A stretch of 64,000 nt of DNA from Candidatus Micrarchaeota archaeon. GTDB taxonomy: Archaea > Micrarchaeota > Micrarchaeia > Micrarchaeales > CABMGC01. The notes beneath the pieces were generated by a model. The model ran no database searches. It saw only the letters and a program-made list of their open reading frames with translations, and was not told where the DNA came from. The stretch is from positions 15,759 through 79,758 of the forward strand of contig CAYQOG010000001.1 in NCBI GenBank assembly GCA_964419095.1, written 5' to 3'. The position numbers and the translations under genes are program-made. Of the stretch, positions 9,182 through 18,861 are shown in pieces. Positions within the stretch are counted from its first letter, which is position 1. Each line of letters begins with the position of its first letter.

Positions 9182-11944
9182 TGAAGCGCCCTTCCAGAAC
9201 CTTTTCGTCCGCGCGAATGTCTTCTGCGCCTCAATCAAGTCGGCGAAAAACCTTGGAAAGTCGCTTCTCATGTATTTCAACACCCTTACGGCTGTGGAAA
9301 GGCCAACACCATAAGTCTCAAGGGCTATAACGGCCCTGTTTCCATATGCGCTTACCAGCCCAGCCTCCTTTATTGCGTTTTCATAAGCGGCCATGTCCTG
9401 TTTTCCCAACCTCTTCCCCCCGATTCTCCTCAGCACTGCCTCTTCATAACCTTCATTATAGGCGCAAAGCATTGGGCTCTTGCACGAGTGGCAGAAGTAT
9501 TTGACGTCTTTATTCAGATTGACTTCCTCCTCAGATATGAAACCGCAAAAAGTGCAAAGGAGCTTCACCGTTCTGCCCTGCAGTGAAGACTTGAATGTAG
9601 CTATGTCGCGTTCGTTAGGCAGGTTAGGCATCAGGAGCTCCTTGTAGTGGTATGCGGATCTGAGAATCTCATTCGAGAGCGGAGAGCCCGGAGATCTTAC
9701 AAGCTCCACAGAAATCCTCCCCTGCCTAAAGTCCCTGATGAATGACAAAACGTCATCCGCATCGAAATAATTTTTGTTGAGGTCCCGCAATGCCTCGTCA
9801 AAAACCACGGAATTTCTGTAAAAGTCCATGAGCCGCGTTGCAGCGGCCTTCGTAAGCGCGACTTTCTTCTCCACCACGCCGAAAAGCTTGGCGACCTGGA
9901 CGAACTTGTACCTGAAAAGATCAGACCCAGAGGCGATCACCGACACCCTGTCATGGGATATGCCCTCTTTGAGCAAGGAAAAGACGAGGTGCATGTCGGG
10001 TTTCCTTCCCAGGTCTCCAAATTCTATGACAATGGCATAGGGAGTTGCACGCAATGTGCAGCCTGGGTGCCTCTGCAAGAGTATGGAACCAATCACACGC
10101 GAGAGGAATTCGTTTGCGAGTCTCCCCAGACCCACATATACGACAGCATAGCTCTCAAGCTCCTCTATGAATACCTTCTGGCTTGTCGGTGTGAAGTGCT
10201 TCCTCTGCCTTGATATGAAATCCAGAGATGATTTAAGCACCTCGTCATCCATACTCGATGCACCGCTCGCAAGACCTTTCTCAAAAACCGAGTATACTCC
10301 TGCGGCTACCTGGTGCGATACAGGTATGTCCTCGCCTTCCCAGTCGGGCACCGCAGCTTCTATGTCGGAGCTCGGCTCGACAAGTATTACGCCTTCCTCA
10401 AGGCTTACAACGCGCCAGGGAATGCCCTTGCTTATGAAAGAGGCGCCTTCATCGAGATAATTGTAGACAAAATGCTCGTCAAGCGATGATATTATCTTAT
10501 TGCTTATGACATCCTTCACCGCAAATCTCACATTATCAGGTATCACGCTTATGTTGCTGAAGAAGTAATCCATGCCCCGTCTTCCTATGCTTGCAAAGCC
10601 CTCGGAATAGCGTATCAGGTTCAGCTCGCTTGCAAATTTAATGAGCCTGTCAAAGGTCCCTCTCTCCATGGCGCTGTACGGCGCGGCTGCTGATATCGTC
10701 TCATAGATCTTCGATGCCTCTATCCTCTTGTGCTCAAGAGTCATCGCGCATATCTGGTTTACCGCAACGTCAAGGGCATTCCTCTCTATCGAATGCACCT
10801 CCAGCTTTGCATCAAGGACATTGCCGATTATCACTGAAGACTCAAGCGCATCCATCACCTCTGCGACAAGGATTTTTCCCTTTGCCGCCTTTTTTTCAGT
10901 ATGCCCGGCCCTGCCGACTCTCTGGATCAGCCTCACCGCCTGCTTCGGCGAGCCGTACTGCACAACAAGGTCAACCCTGCCCACGTCTATGCCTAATTCA
11001 AGCGAACTAGTGGCGACTATCCCTTTTATCTTGGCCTCCTTGAAGGCGTTCTCGACCTTGACACGCTCGTCCTTGTCCAATGAGCTGTGGTGCACTGCAA
11101 CGCCTCCGAAATCACGCTCCTTGTTAAGATAGAGCAACTTGCTCCCAAGAGACTCGGCAACCTGCCTTGTATTTGTAAAGACAATCGTCGCTGCAGAGCT
11201 CCTGATCAACGCCGCGACTCTCTCTATGCGTGCAGTAGACTGCTTGTCCAATCCAAAGGTCTCGGAGAACGTTGCGCTGCCTGCATCAGGCACCTTTGGC
11301 ATCTCTATCCCTATCTCAAACTGCTTTGCAAGAGGAGATTTCACAACGGTGTGCTCCCTGTTTCCGAAGAGGAAGAGGGAAACCTCCTTCGACTCGCCTA
11401 TGGTCGCGCTTATCCCTATTCTCTGGAACTCTCCTGAAATGTTCCTCAGCCTCTCCAGCGCTATCGAGAGCTGCGCCCCTCTTTTTGTGTAGTAAAGTTC
11501 ATGGACTTCGTCCACGAGTACGCATCCGACATTCTTCAAAGCCGATTTAAGCCTTCCGGAAAGAAATATGTTCTGCATGCTTTCAGGAGTCGTTATCAGC
11601 AAGGCCGGGGGGCTCTCCACCTGCTTCTTCCTTTCTTTCTGCGATGTGTCGCCGTGCCTTACCGAGACCGTTATCCCTGCTTCTTTGCATATGCCCTCGA
11701 TTCTTTTTATGAGGTCCCTGTTGAGCGCGCGAAGCGGTGTGATATAGACTGCCTGTATCCCTTTTTCGCCACCGCTCTTGTAGATCTTGTTGAGCACGGG
11801 GATGAGAGCAGCTTCGGTCTTCCCGCTCCCTGTAGGCGCTGTTATCAGGCAGTTCTTTCCCGAAGAAACGGCGCTTAGGGAGAGTTGCTGTATCTCCGTG
11901 AAAGTACCGAATGACCTTAGGAATATCTCATATGGACTGGGCAT
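9167..11944 (-). CDS. lhr: Lhr-type ATP-dependent DEAD/DEAH-box helicase
   Basis: SF2 motifs APTGSGKT, DEVHE, SAT, HHSSL and QRVGRAGH. A long Lhr-type C-terminal region has a Cys4 ribbon (CTFCG...CHSC). ~925 aa. Confidence 0.9.
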   Translation of the reverse strand: MPSPYEIFLRSFGTFTEIQQLSLSAVSSGKNCLITAPTGSGKTEAALIPVLNKIYKSGGEKGIQAVYITPLRALNRDLIKRIEGICKEAGITVSVRHGDTSQKERKKQVESPPALLITTPESMQNIFLSGRLKSALKNVGCVLVDEVHELYYTKRGAQLSIALERLRNISGEFQRIGISATIGESKEVSLFLFGNREHTVVKSPLAKQFEIGIEMPKVPDAGSATFSETFGLDKQSTARIERVAALIRSSAATIVFTNTRQVAESLGSKLLYLNKERDFGGVAVHHSSLDKDERVKVENAFKEAKIKGIVATSSLELGIDVGRVDLVVQYGSPKQAVRLIQRVGRAGHTEKKAAKGKILVAEVMDALESSVIIGNVLDAKLEVHSIERNALDVAVNQICAMTLEHKRIEASKIYETISAAAPYSAMERGTFDRLIKFASELNLIRYSEGFASIGRRGMDYFFSNISVIPDNVRFAVKDVISNKIISSLDEHFVYNYLDEGASFISKGIPWRVVSLEEGVILVEPSSDIEAAVPDWEGEDIPVSHQVAAGVYSVFEKGLASGASSMDDEVLKSSLDFISRQRKHFTPTSQKVFIEELESYAVVYVGLGRLANEFLSRVIGSILLQRHPGCTLRATPYAIVIEFGDLGRKPDMHLVFSLLKEGISHDRVSVIASGSDLFRYKFVQVAKLFGVVEKKVALTKAAATRLMDFYRNSVVFDEALRDLNKNYFDADDVLSFIRDFRQGRISVELVRSPGSPLSNEILRSAYHYKELLMPNLPNERDIATFKSSLQGRTVKLLCTFCGFISEEEVNLNKDVKYFCHSCKSPMLCAYNEGYEEAVLRRIGGKRLGKQDMAAYENAIKEAGLVSAYGNRAVIALETYGVGLSTAVRVLKYMRSDFPRFFADLIEAQKTFARTKRFWKGASSRLN

Positions 11945-11971
11945 CCTCTCACCCTTAAAGATAAGCCGGAA

Positions 11972-13591
11972 CTATCCTAAAACATATACTGTTCCCGTGG
12001 CATTGTGTATGGTGTTGCCGTTAGTGTAGTTCATCCTCAAACCAAAGACATAGCCGTAAGGGAGGCTCTGGGCAAGCTGCCCTTCGTTGTAGCATTGCGT
12101 AGTGATGTTCACTATCCCGAGTCCCGGCAGGGTCTTGTTGAGCAGCGTGTATTTAGGGACGCCGTTCAGCACGCATCCGATAGAGCCCAACCTTACTGAA
12201 GTAATGTTCGCGTTGAGCAGCCTGAAAGAGAGGGTGCCGTTATTGTAGCTCGCATTCTGGCATCCGAAGCCGGTTATTCCGCAGGAAGGCTTGACCCCGT
12301 TCACGAATTGGACGGACTGCCCTGAAAGGTTCGAGACCTTTAGAATGTCTATGCTTAGCGGCACCTGCTGCAATGCCTTCGAGGTGTTCACAACTGCCAG
12401 AGCGGTAGCATTGAGCCCTCCAATCGCCGCCGTTGTCCTTATCAGCGAGGTAGGCCCTACGATCTGGTTTGTCGAGAAGATATAGCTGCTGCAGTAGCTT
12501 ATGCCGTTCGCCGTATCTATGATCCCGTAGCAGGAGCCGCTCTCCGCGCTGTTTGTAGCGACTCCGGAATAGACGAGCGACTGGTTACCTATCAATACCG
12601 TGTAACCAGTGCTGAGGCTGTTCCCTTCAACAAACGAGTCGTTGGCTATTATCACGCCTATGCTGAGCGCAGGAACGTTGACCTTGGGTATTGTCTGAGG
12701 CGCAAATTCCGAATAGTTGTTCTGTATGTACCCAAGGCAGGCTGTGTTTCCCTGAGCAGTAACGGTCTTGATCCATCCGTTCGAGTACCAGCTGCACAAC
12801 GATTCGTTGTCCTTTAGATGCACCAGAGTTACCTGGCTTCCTCCCACGGTAGAGTTCTGCGTCGTGAGGTTCCTTCCCTGAGCTCCAACTGCCATTATGT
12901 CAGGGAGAACGTATCCGCGCAGCCATATCGAGTAAACCACATTCCCGTTTGCATATTTGGCATGGGCAACGCTCATGTTTTCCACGTATCCGCCAACCAC
13001 ATCGATAAGCGGGGTAAGGAAGTCATTAAGGCCCGGCATTCCGGTTATGTTGAACTGCGTTATGTTGTATCCCGCGCTGAGGTATGAATAATAAAGGAAT
13101 CCTACTGTATTCAGGTTCACGTTTCCATGGGAAACCGCACTGCCTGGAGGAAGGAGCGAGTACGCCTGCGGTTTCTGCGGATTATTTATCGTTAGCTCCA
13201 GCGAGGCAGCTGCATTATTCCTATCCCCTATGTTATAGCGTTTTGCCGGATCCACTATGATGCTGATATTATATCGGCCGCCTTGCGTCGGTGTGTAGTT
13301 TATGGGTATTGTTGCAGTCTTGTCAGGAGGAACAGTGACCCCGTAGACGTTTATCACATTTCCGTTTATCAGCTCCTCAACGCCTATGTCGCTTATCATG
13401 CCGCTTCCAGTATTGTTTATGTAGGCGTCAAGCACTAATCTCTGATAAGGATAAACATTCTGATAGGAACTCGAATTATGCGCGAAAGCCGTGACCACGC
13501 TGATCTGGCCTTCCGAATAGAAGCGTATGTAGAGGGCAACTGCCAACACCACGAGAAACATGCCTATCCATATGAAAACTTCTCTTTTCAT
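11972..13591 (-). CDS. N-terminally anchored extracellular protein with a CARDB-like domain, rich in N-glycosylation sequons
   Basis: N-terminal TM (FIWIGMFLVVLAVALYI). CARDB-like segment NTGSG...VTVPPDKTATIPINYTPTQGGRYNISIIVDP. Many N-x-S/T sites. Confidence 0.6.
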   Translation of the reverse strand: MKREVFIWIGMFLVVLAVALYIRFYSEGQISVVTAFAHNSSSYQNVYPYQRLVLDAYINNTGSGMISDIGVEELINGNVINVYGVTVPPDKTATIPINYTPTQGGRYNISIIVDPAKRYNIGDRNNAAASLELTINNPQKPQAYSLLPPGSAVSHGNVNLNTVGFLYYSYLSAGYNITQFNITGMPGLNDFLTPLIDVVGGYVENMSVAHAKYANGNVVYSIWLRGYVLPDIMAVGAQGRNLTTQNSTVGGSQVTLVHLKDNESLCSWYSNGWIKTVTAQGNTACLGYIQNNYSEFAPQTIPKVNVPALSIGVIIANDSFVEGNSLSTGYTVLIGNQSLVYSGVATNSAESGSCYGIIDTANGISYCSSYIFSTNQIVGPTSLIRTTAAIGGLNATALAVVNTSKALQQVPLSIDILKVSNLSGQSVQFVNGVKPSCGITGFGCQNASYNNGTLSFRLLNANITSVRLGSIGCVLNGVPKYTLLNKTLPGLGIVNITTQCYNEGQLAQSLPYGYVFGLRMNYTNGNTIHNATGTVYVLG

Positions 13592-13595
13592 AAAA

Positions 13596-14060
13596 TCATC
13601 TCGCCCCTTCCTTTATCTTCTTTATCACATCCCCTATCTTCTTCGATATGTCCCTGTAATCCGATTCGAAGAGGCTGGCAGACCAGTTCGCAGCATCGAA
13701 CCTGTCTCCCATGCCTGGCTTCCTGAAATAGAATTTTCCCTGCTCATTCTCAACAAGGCCCATCTTCTTCATGCGGAGCAGGTGGTACCTGAGTGTTTTC
13801 TCGTTTATCACTTCCCAGTTCGTGTTTATGTAGTCTATCATCGACCTTACATCCGGGTCGCTATTCTTTATGAACTGGAAGTGGACCAGCGCATCCAGCA
13901 CGGCAAGCGAGCTGAGTCGCGACTCGCCAGGGTTGATGACCCCCAAGGAGAGCGCAAGCCATCTTATAGAAGAGCGGCGCGTCTCAAGGACCTCTCCGGT
14001 AAGCCTCATGTTCCTGAGGGTTATCTCCTTCTCTATGAGTTCGGACTCGTTGAGCTCCAT
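13596..14060 (-). CDS. Hypothetical winged-helix DNA-binding protein
   Basis: wHTH-like LRYHLLRMKKMGLVENEQGKFYF. Its stop is 4 nt from the start of the downstream surface-protein gene. Confidence 0.45.
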   Translation of the reverse strand: MELNESELIEKEITLRNMRLTGEVLETRRSSIRWLALSLGVINPGESRLSSLAVLDALVHFQFIKNSDPDVRSMIDYINTNWEVINEKTLRYHLLRMKKMGLVENEQGKFYFRKPGMGDRFDAANWSASLFESDYRDISKKIGDVIKKIKEGAR

Positions 14061-14156
14061 CAGTGCACCTAAATGAATAGCTAGTTCTTAGTAACAAAAG
14101 TATATATTAGACAACTGTTATTATACTATCAACAACAACGAATAAAAGCTGATATT

Positions 14157-14531
14157 ATGGCAACGACGAATCCTCCTTCACCGAGTGAACAGGACATAGA
14201 GAAGATGGTAAGGGACTACCAGATGCTGCAGGAGCAGCTTAGGAACTCCGCCATGCAGCTTGACCAGCTTCAGGGCGCAAAGGCAGACCTTGATCGCGCG
14301 AAGGAGGAAATAGAGAAGGCCGCCGGCAAGGTCTACATCACTGTAGGAGGGGTAATCGTCGAGACCACGAAGGAGAAGGCCCTATCTGACATAAAGGAAA
14401 GGTCAGAGCTGACTGAAGTTAGGCTGCAGTCTGCGAACAAGCAGTACACGGAGCTCAAGAACAGGGAGAAGCAGCTCGGAGAGAAGCTCACGAGCATGTA
14501 TCAACAGGGCAGGCAAGCCGGACCATCCTAA
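14157..14531 (+). CDS. pfdB: Prefoldin beta subunit
   Basis: Two coiled-coil arms flank a beta hairpin (KVYITVGGVIVETTKEKA). Size and position next to the RNase P protein genes are typical. Confidence 0.85.
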   Translation: MATTNPPSPSEQDIEKMVRDYQMLQEQLRNSAMQLDQLQGAKADLDRAKEEIEKAAGKVYITVGGVIVETTKEKALSDIKERSELTEVRLQSANKQYTELKNREKQLGEKLTSMYQQGRQAGPS

Positions 14532-14559
14532 ACAAATTCTATTAACCGCGGAGACAGAG

Positions 14560-15075
14560 ATGAAATACTTCGACATTGCCGATATGAAGGAAGGAGCGGA
14601 TCCCGGGCTCGTAAAAAGACTCGGACTCGCCAGGGTATTCTCAATCGGCAAAGAGATCGCGGTGACTGCAAGGCACACGCAGAATCTCAAGAATCAGATC
14701 GTCTGCTCAAGGGACACCGGCACGCTGATGAAGGCGATAAAGGACCAGGACGTGATAGGAATCTCTTTTGAGGACAACGAGATAGTGGGCAAGGCAATAG
14801 CGGCGGCAAAAGACGCAGGGAAGCCCGTAATGGTAAACATCTCATGCATATTCGCGATGCAGACGCACGAAAGGTATAGGAACATAGGCAGGATACGGGG
14901 GCTGATCAAGGCCGCGGCAGCTGCAAAAGCAGAGCTGATCATCTATTCGGGAGCCCGCAATCCAAATTACCTGCTTTCCATAAGCCAAATCACTGAAGTG
15001 GCAAAGTTTCTGGGCCAGTCCGAGGCAAAGTCAAAGGAATCAATGGCAAAGATCGGTGAATATATTGATAGCTAG
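14560..15075 (+). CDS. rnp3: RNase P protein component 3 (Rpp30-like), short form
   Basis: TIM-barrel-like pattern (GLARVF..., VIGISFE, PVMVNISCIF, ELIIYSGARNP) and conserved synteny with Pop5 and prefoldin. Shorter than typical Rpp30. Confidence 0.6.
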   Translation: MKYFDIADMKEGADPGLVKRLGLARVFSIGKEIAVTARHTQNLKNQIVCSRDTGTLMKAIKDQDVIGISFEDNEIVGKAIAAAKDAGKPVMVNISCIFAMQTHERYRNIGRIRGLIKAAAAAKAELIIYSGARNPNYLLSISQITEVAKFLGQSEAKSKESMAKIGEYIDS

Positions 15076-15388
15076 AAGAAAGTCGAGATACCTTCTCGTC
15101 GAATCCTCAAGGCAGCTCAACCTCGAATCGAAAGAGGAGCAGAGAAGCCTCGCAGAGGGCATAGCAAAAGTCATAGGAGAATCCGGATACATGAACGCAA
15201 GCCCAAAGGTAATGAGGCAAGTCGGCCCAAAAGTTTTCATAATCAGGACAAGCAGGGGAGAAGAGCCGTCAGTGATACTGGCACTCTCCTTCATAAAACA
15301 GATGAACAATGCCGAAATAGGATTCTACACGATAAGGAATTCGGGAAGCATAAGCAAGCTTGAAGAAGTGGCAGGCAGGCTCTATTAA
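15056..15388 (+). CDS. rnp2: RNase P protein component 2 (Pop5-like)
   Basis: N-terminal RKSRYLLVE motif, ~110 aa, GTG start overlapping rnp3 by 20 nt, and synteny. Confidence 0.6.
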   Translation: MNILIARRKSRYLLVESSRQLNLESKEEQRSLAEGIAKVIGESGYMNASPKVMRQVGPKVFIIRTSRGEEPSVILALSFIKQMNNAEIGFYTIRNSGSISKLEEVAGRLY

Positions 15389-15717
15389 CCTCTCCTTCTC
15401 ACCGCCCGTTCCCGATCCGCTGATTTTCTCACCGCAGCCTTGAAGTCATCTAACTTTGCGCCCAGAAGCTCCCGCGCTATCACAACACCCTTCTTCGTGT
15501 GGCCGTATAATGAATCAGGATAATCAGCCATATTGCGCAAGCTGCGTGTTCCACCGTGGCGGAGCTGATATCTAAGTTCAGAAGTTGCGTTGAAAACTTT
15601 CAACCCCTGCGAGATCCTGCGCACACTCCATATCGCAGCGTCAACTATTTCCTGGGGCGTAAGCCTCCCAGTGGCAGAGGAATCCCTACCACAAGCGACG
15701 CGCCTTGGCCTTTCCAT
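15385..15717 (-). CDS. Hypothetical protein
   Basis: An ORF only; basic C-terminus and no recognisable motif. Convergent 4-nt overlap with rnp2. Confidence 0.3.
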   Translation of the reverse strand: MERPRRVACGRDSSATGRLTPQEIVDAAIWSVRRISQGLKVFNATSELRYQLRHGGTRSLRNMADYPDSLYGHTKKGVVIARELLGAKLDDFKAAVRKSADRERAVRRRG

Positions 15718-15854
15718 AGGAAAATCATATCAGCCTAAACTATATAAGTTTTCTCCTTCCGACGACATATCTGCTTTTAAGGAATACCGGCACAGTCACC
15801 GACGGTTTAATATATCTATATCTAATAATATTCTCTACTACTTAAGGTGAATGT

Positions 15855-16202
15855 GTGAAGATAAGTGAATTGAAAGCAGGCGCGAGCAGCGTCGAAATAG
15901 AAGCGACAGTAGTCGAAAAATCAGAGCCCAGAGAGGTAGTCACGAAGTACGGAAAGAGGCTCAACGTGGCAAAGGCAACGCTAAAGGACGACAGTGGAAG
16001 CATCTCAATCTCCCTCTGGGAGAAGGATATCGACTCGATAAGCCTTGGAGACAAGATAAAGATAACAAACGGCTATGTGAGCGAGTACAAGGGAACGCCG
16101 CAGCTATCGACAGGGAAGTACGGAAAGATAGAGGTTCTCGAGAAGGGCTCAGGAGAGGTATCTGACGCAGAAGCCCCAACCAGCGACGATTTCAACGAGT
16201 AA
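15855..16202 (+). CDS. ssb: Single-OB-fold ssDNA-binding protein with acidic C-terminal tail
   Basis: OB pattern (VEIEATVVEKSEPREV...ATLKDDSGSISISLWEKD...ITNGYVSEYKG.PQLS.GKYG) plus the tail EVSDAEAPTSDDFNE. GTG start after AGGTGA. Confidence 0.7.
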   Translation: MKISELKAGASSVEIEATVVEKSEPREVVTKYGKRLNVAKATLKDDSGSISISLWEKDIDSISLGDKIKITNGYVSEYKGTPQLSTGKYGKIEVLEKGSGEVSDAEAPTSDDFNE

Positions 16203-17450
16203 TCAGAAGTCCAGCTGCAGTCTATCTCCTATGCGCGGAGCATGTGCATCAAAACCCTCCAGCTTCAGCTCCTCAGCCATCGTCCTGGAGTTCTCATGAT
16301 CGCCATGGACGCAGATGACAGTCTCAGGTCCTGCCTTTCGTATGTATTCGAACAGGTCGCTCCTTCCTGCATGGGCCGAGAAATCGTAAAATGCGAAAGG
16401 CGTTTTTATCCTTACGCTCCTGTTGTCTATCTCAAGAGGCTTGCCCTCCATCAGATTCCTTCCGTTTGTGCGTTCGACCTGATAACCTGTAAGAAAGATC
16501 TTTGAATTTTTGTTCAGTCTCGTTATATAATTGAGCACCGGCCCTCCTGTAAGCATTCCTGCAGTAGTGAGAATGATGCTTCCGCCGGTGAGCGCCCTCT
16601 GCCTTGAGCGTGGGTTATCAACCCAACCGACATTGCGTATCGCCTTTGCCAGCGTATCAGGGTTGTCGATGAACGCATGGTAATTCATGACTATCTCGGT
16701 GGCCGCCTTCGCCATGCCGTCTATGAATGCCTTGCCGGCTAGCCCTTCCTCCTGGAGCATTGCAAGCATCTCCTGCGCCCTTCCGACTGCGAAGACCGGA
16801 AGTAGAGCTATGCCATCAGCATCTAGAACAGCCTTTACATCGTCGATGAACTGCTTTCTCAGCACGTCCCTATCCGGGTGGTCCTTTGTGGCGTAGGTGG
16901 ACTCTGTAATCAGGATATCGCACTTCACCGTATCCGCACCGCGATGCAGCACCTGCGGCGTAGGCTTGAAGTCTCCCGTGTACATCAGCTTCTTGCCGTT
17001 CCTGCCTTCTATGACCGACAACGCGCTTCCTGTTATGTGCCCCGCATTGCGCAGGGTTATCGAATATTCGCCAACCTCCGCGGTGTCTCCGTATTTGTAC
17101 GGGACGTAGCTGTTGAGGAACGACTTGAGCTCCCGCTTGAAGAATTTCTGGGGTCCTTTCTGCAGCCTGTTTATCTTTATAGAATCCTCTATAAGAAGCT
17201 CCGAAAGGTCTCTAGTGGGGGCGGTGCCTATCGCGACAGGAAAAGAGGCATCGTAAAGTGCAGGGGAATAGCCGCTGTGGTCAAGGTGCGCATGGCTCAG
17301 GACGAACGCGTCGACTCTCCCTGGCTCCGCAGGGTACTCCGTCTTATGGTCGAGCTTTATACCGTAGTCAAGGAGAATGTTCTTGCTCCCCTCAATGAGG
17401 AAGCCCGAGCGGCCTACCTCTCCCGCTCCGCCAAGAAATCTGATATTCAA
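16203..17450 (-). CDS. Metallo-beta-lactamase / beta-CASP ribonuclease (aCPSF2- or RNase J-like)
   Basis: HAHLDHSG motif, downstream Asp/His motifs (TGDF, ESTY, CVHGDH), ~415 aa. Confidence 0.8.
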   Translation of the reverse strand: MNIRFLGGAGEVGRSGFLIEGSKNILLDYGIKLDHKTEYPAEPGRVDAFVLSHAHLDHSGYSPALYDASFPVAIGTAPTRDLSELLIEDSIKINRLQKGPQKFFKRELKSFLNSYVPYKYGDTAEVGEYSITLRNAGHITGSALSVIEGRNGKKLMYTGDFKPTPQVLHRGADTVKCDILITESTYATKDHPDRDVLRKQFIDDVKAVLDADGIALLPVFAVGRAQEMLAMLQEEGLAGKAFIDGMAKAATEIVMNYHAFIDNPDTLAKAIRNVGWVDNPRSRQRALTGGSIILTTAGMLTGGPVLNYITRLNKNSKIFLTGYQVERTNGRNLMEGKPLEIDNRSVRIKTPFAFYDFSAHAGRSDLFEYIRKAGPETVICVHGDHENSRTMAEELKLEGFDAHAPRIGDRLQLDF

Positions 17451-17520
17451 TAAATCACAATGCCCACAGTAAGATATGCAAGTCTTTTTAACTATTGTCA
17501 GGTAAAGCTATTTAGATTTG

Positions 17521-18228
17521 ATGGCTGAAGAGATCAACTTCCTCGAGCTCGCGTGCCTTCTCAAAGTTACGCAGAACACGGTCCTTGAGCGCTTCGGCAG
17601 CGCCATAAACGCAAGCATATTCGACGCATCCAACATCGCAGGCTCTCTGAAGCAGCACGGCCTGATAGACTTCACCGCTTATTATCCTGGCCCGAATGAA
17701 ATAATGGTTACCGAGGAAGGCAAGAAGCTGATAGCGGAGGCAGAGGCGAAGAGCGCAGAGCCGTACGACAAGCTCGACGAGGCCGTGCTCGAGCATCTCT
17801 CCGGAGGAAAGCGCATTCCCGCAGAGCTGCAGAATACGCTCAACCTGAGGCCGCGCGACCTTGCACTCAGGCTATACAAGCTCAACAAGCAGGGATTTCT
17901 GATCTACGAGCTCAAGAGCGGGAGAGTGGATCTTATGCTTACCGAATCCGGGTTCCTCAAGGTCGGAGGAACGCATCCTGTACAGAAGCCAAGGACCACG
18001 ACACCGGAGGCCGGGCAGCCCGAGCAGGCACCGCGGCAGCAGACCGCCGCGCAGCAGGAAACAAGGCAAATGGCAGAGGGGCAGCCGGCCAGCCCTACAG
18101 GGCCCGCTGCAGAACCGCAGCTCCATGGAAAGCCTTTCATGAAATCCGCAGGAAGGCCGTTAATTGCGGCAATAGTCGTAATAATAATCATAGTGCTTAT
18201 CCTGCATTTCTATCTGCACGCGATATGA
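17521..18228 (+). CDS. Hypothetical protein: N-terminal helical/wHTH-like domain, Q/P/A-rich linker, C-terminal TM anchor
   Basis: LRPRDLALRLYKLNKQGFLIYELKSGRV (wHTH-like), a low-complexity linker PEAGQPEQAPRQQTAAQQETRQ, and the TM IAAIVVIIIIVLILHFYL. Its stop overlaps the acdB start (ATGA). Confidence 0.5.
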   Translation: MAEEINFLELACLLKVTQNTVLERFGSAINASIFDASNIAGSLKQHGLIDFTAYYPGPNEIMVTEEGKKLIAEAEAKSAEPYDKLDEAVLEHLSGGKRIPAELQNTLNLRPRDLALRLYKLNKQGFLIYELKSGRVDLMLTESGFLKVGGTHPVQKPRTTTPEAGQPEQAPRQQTAAQQETRQMAEGQPASPTGPAAEPQLHGKPFMKSAGRPLIAAIVVIIIIVLILHFYLHAI

Positions 18229-18854
18229 GTGAGCCGATGACGCTACTCGACTACATGGAAGCAAAGCGCCTCCTCGACAAATATGGGATAGAAAGCATAG
18301 AGAGCAGATATGTGGCAAGCGCCAAGGAGGCCGTGTCATTCGCCAAAGGAAGCAGGATAGTCATGAAAGTTCTATCGGACAAGCAGCTCCACAAATCAAA
18401 GGCCGGCCTTGTGAAGCTGGATCTTGAAACTGAAAAGGAGATATCTTCCGCATACAATGAGCTTTACAAGAAGGCCCAGGCCGTTAAGCCTTACAAAATA
18501 ATAGCGCAGAAGATGGCATCGGAGGGCAATGAGATAATAATCGGAGGAAGGACCGATCCGCAATTCGGCAAGGTAGTCCTAATAGGCCTTGGCGGGATAT
18601 ACGTTGAGGTCTTCAAGGACTTCGCGCTAAGAGTCGCGCCAATAACGAGAAGAGATGCGGATGAAATGCTCAACCAGCTCAAATCGCAAAGGATAGTGAC
18701 CCACGAAGGCAAGCACACGAAGCTCATAGTGAGCCTGCTGCTCAAGATCGCAAAGCTGATGCAGGAAAACGATTCGGTAAGCGAATTGGATCTCAATCCA
18801 GTCATAGTCACGGACAAGGGATACGAGATAGTCGACATAAGGATATTGAAGTAG
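18225..18854 (+). CDS. acdB: Acetate-CoA ligase (ADP-forming), beta subunit (ATP-grasp)
   Basis: ATP-grasp-type sequence (VMKVLSDKQLHKSKAGLVKLDL..., IIGGRTDPQFG, ELDLNPV) directly upstream of the CoA-binding alpha subunit. Confidence 0.8.
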   Translation: MSEPMTLLDYMEAKRLLDKYGIESIESRYVASAKEAVSFAKGSRIVMKVLSDKQLHKSKAGLVKLDLETEKEISSAYNELYKKAQAVKPYKIIAQKMASEGNEIIIGGRTDPQFGKVVLIGLGGIYVEVFKDFALRVAPITRRDADEMLNQLKSQRIVTHEGKHTKLIVSLLLKIAKLMQENDSVSELDLNPVIVTDKGYEIVDIRILK

Positions 18855-18861
18855 TGGTATT

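Noticed and set aside
8896-9234. 112-aa minus-strand ORF between gyrA and lhr.
   Set aside because: Arg/Ser-rich shadow of the more protein-like plus-strand frame 8852-9181. It is also out of frame with lhr.
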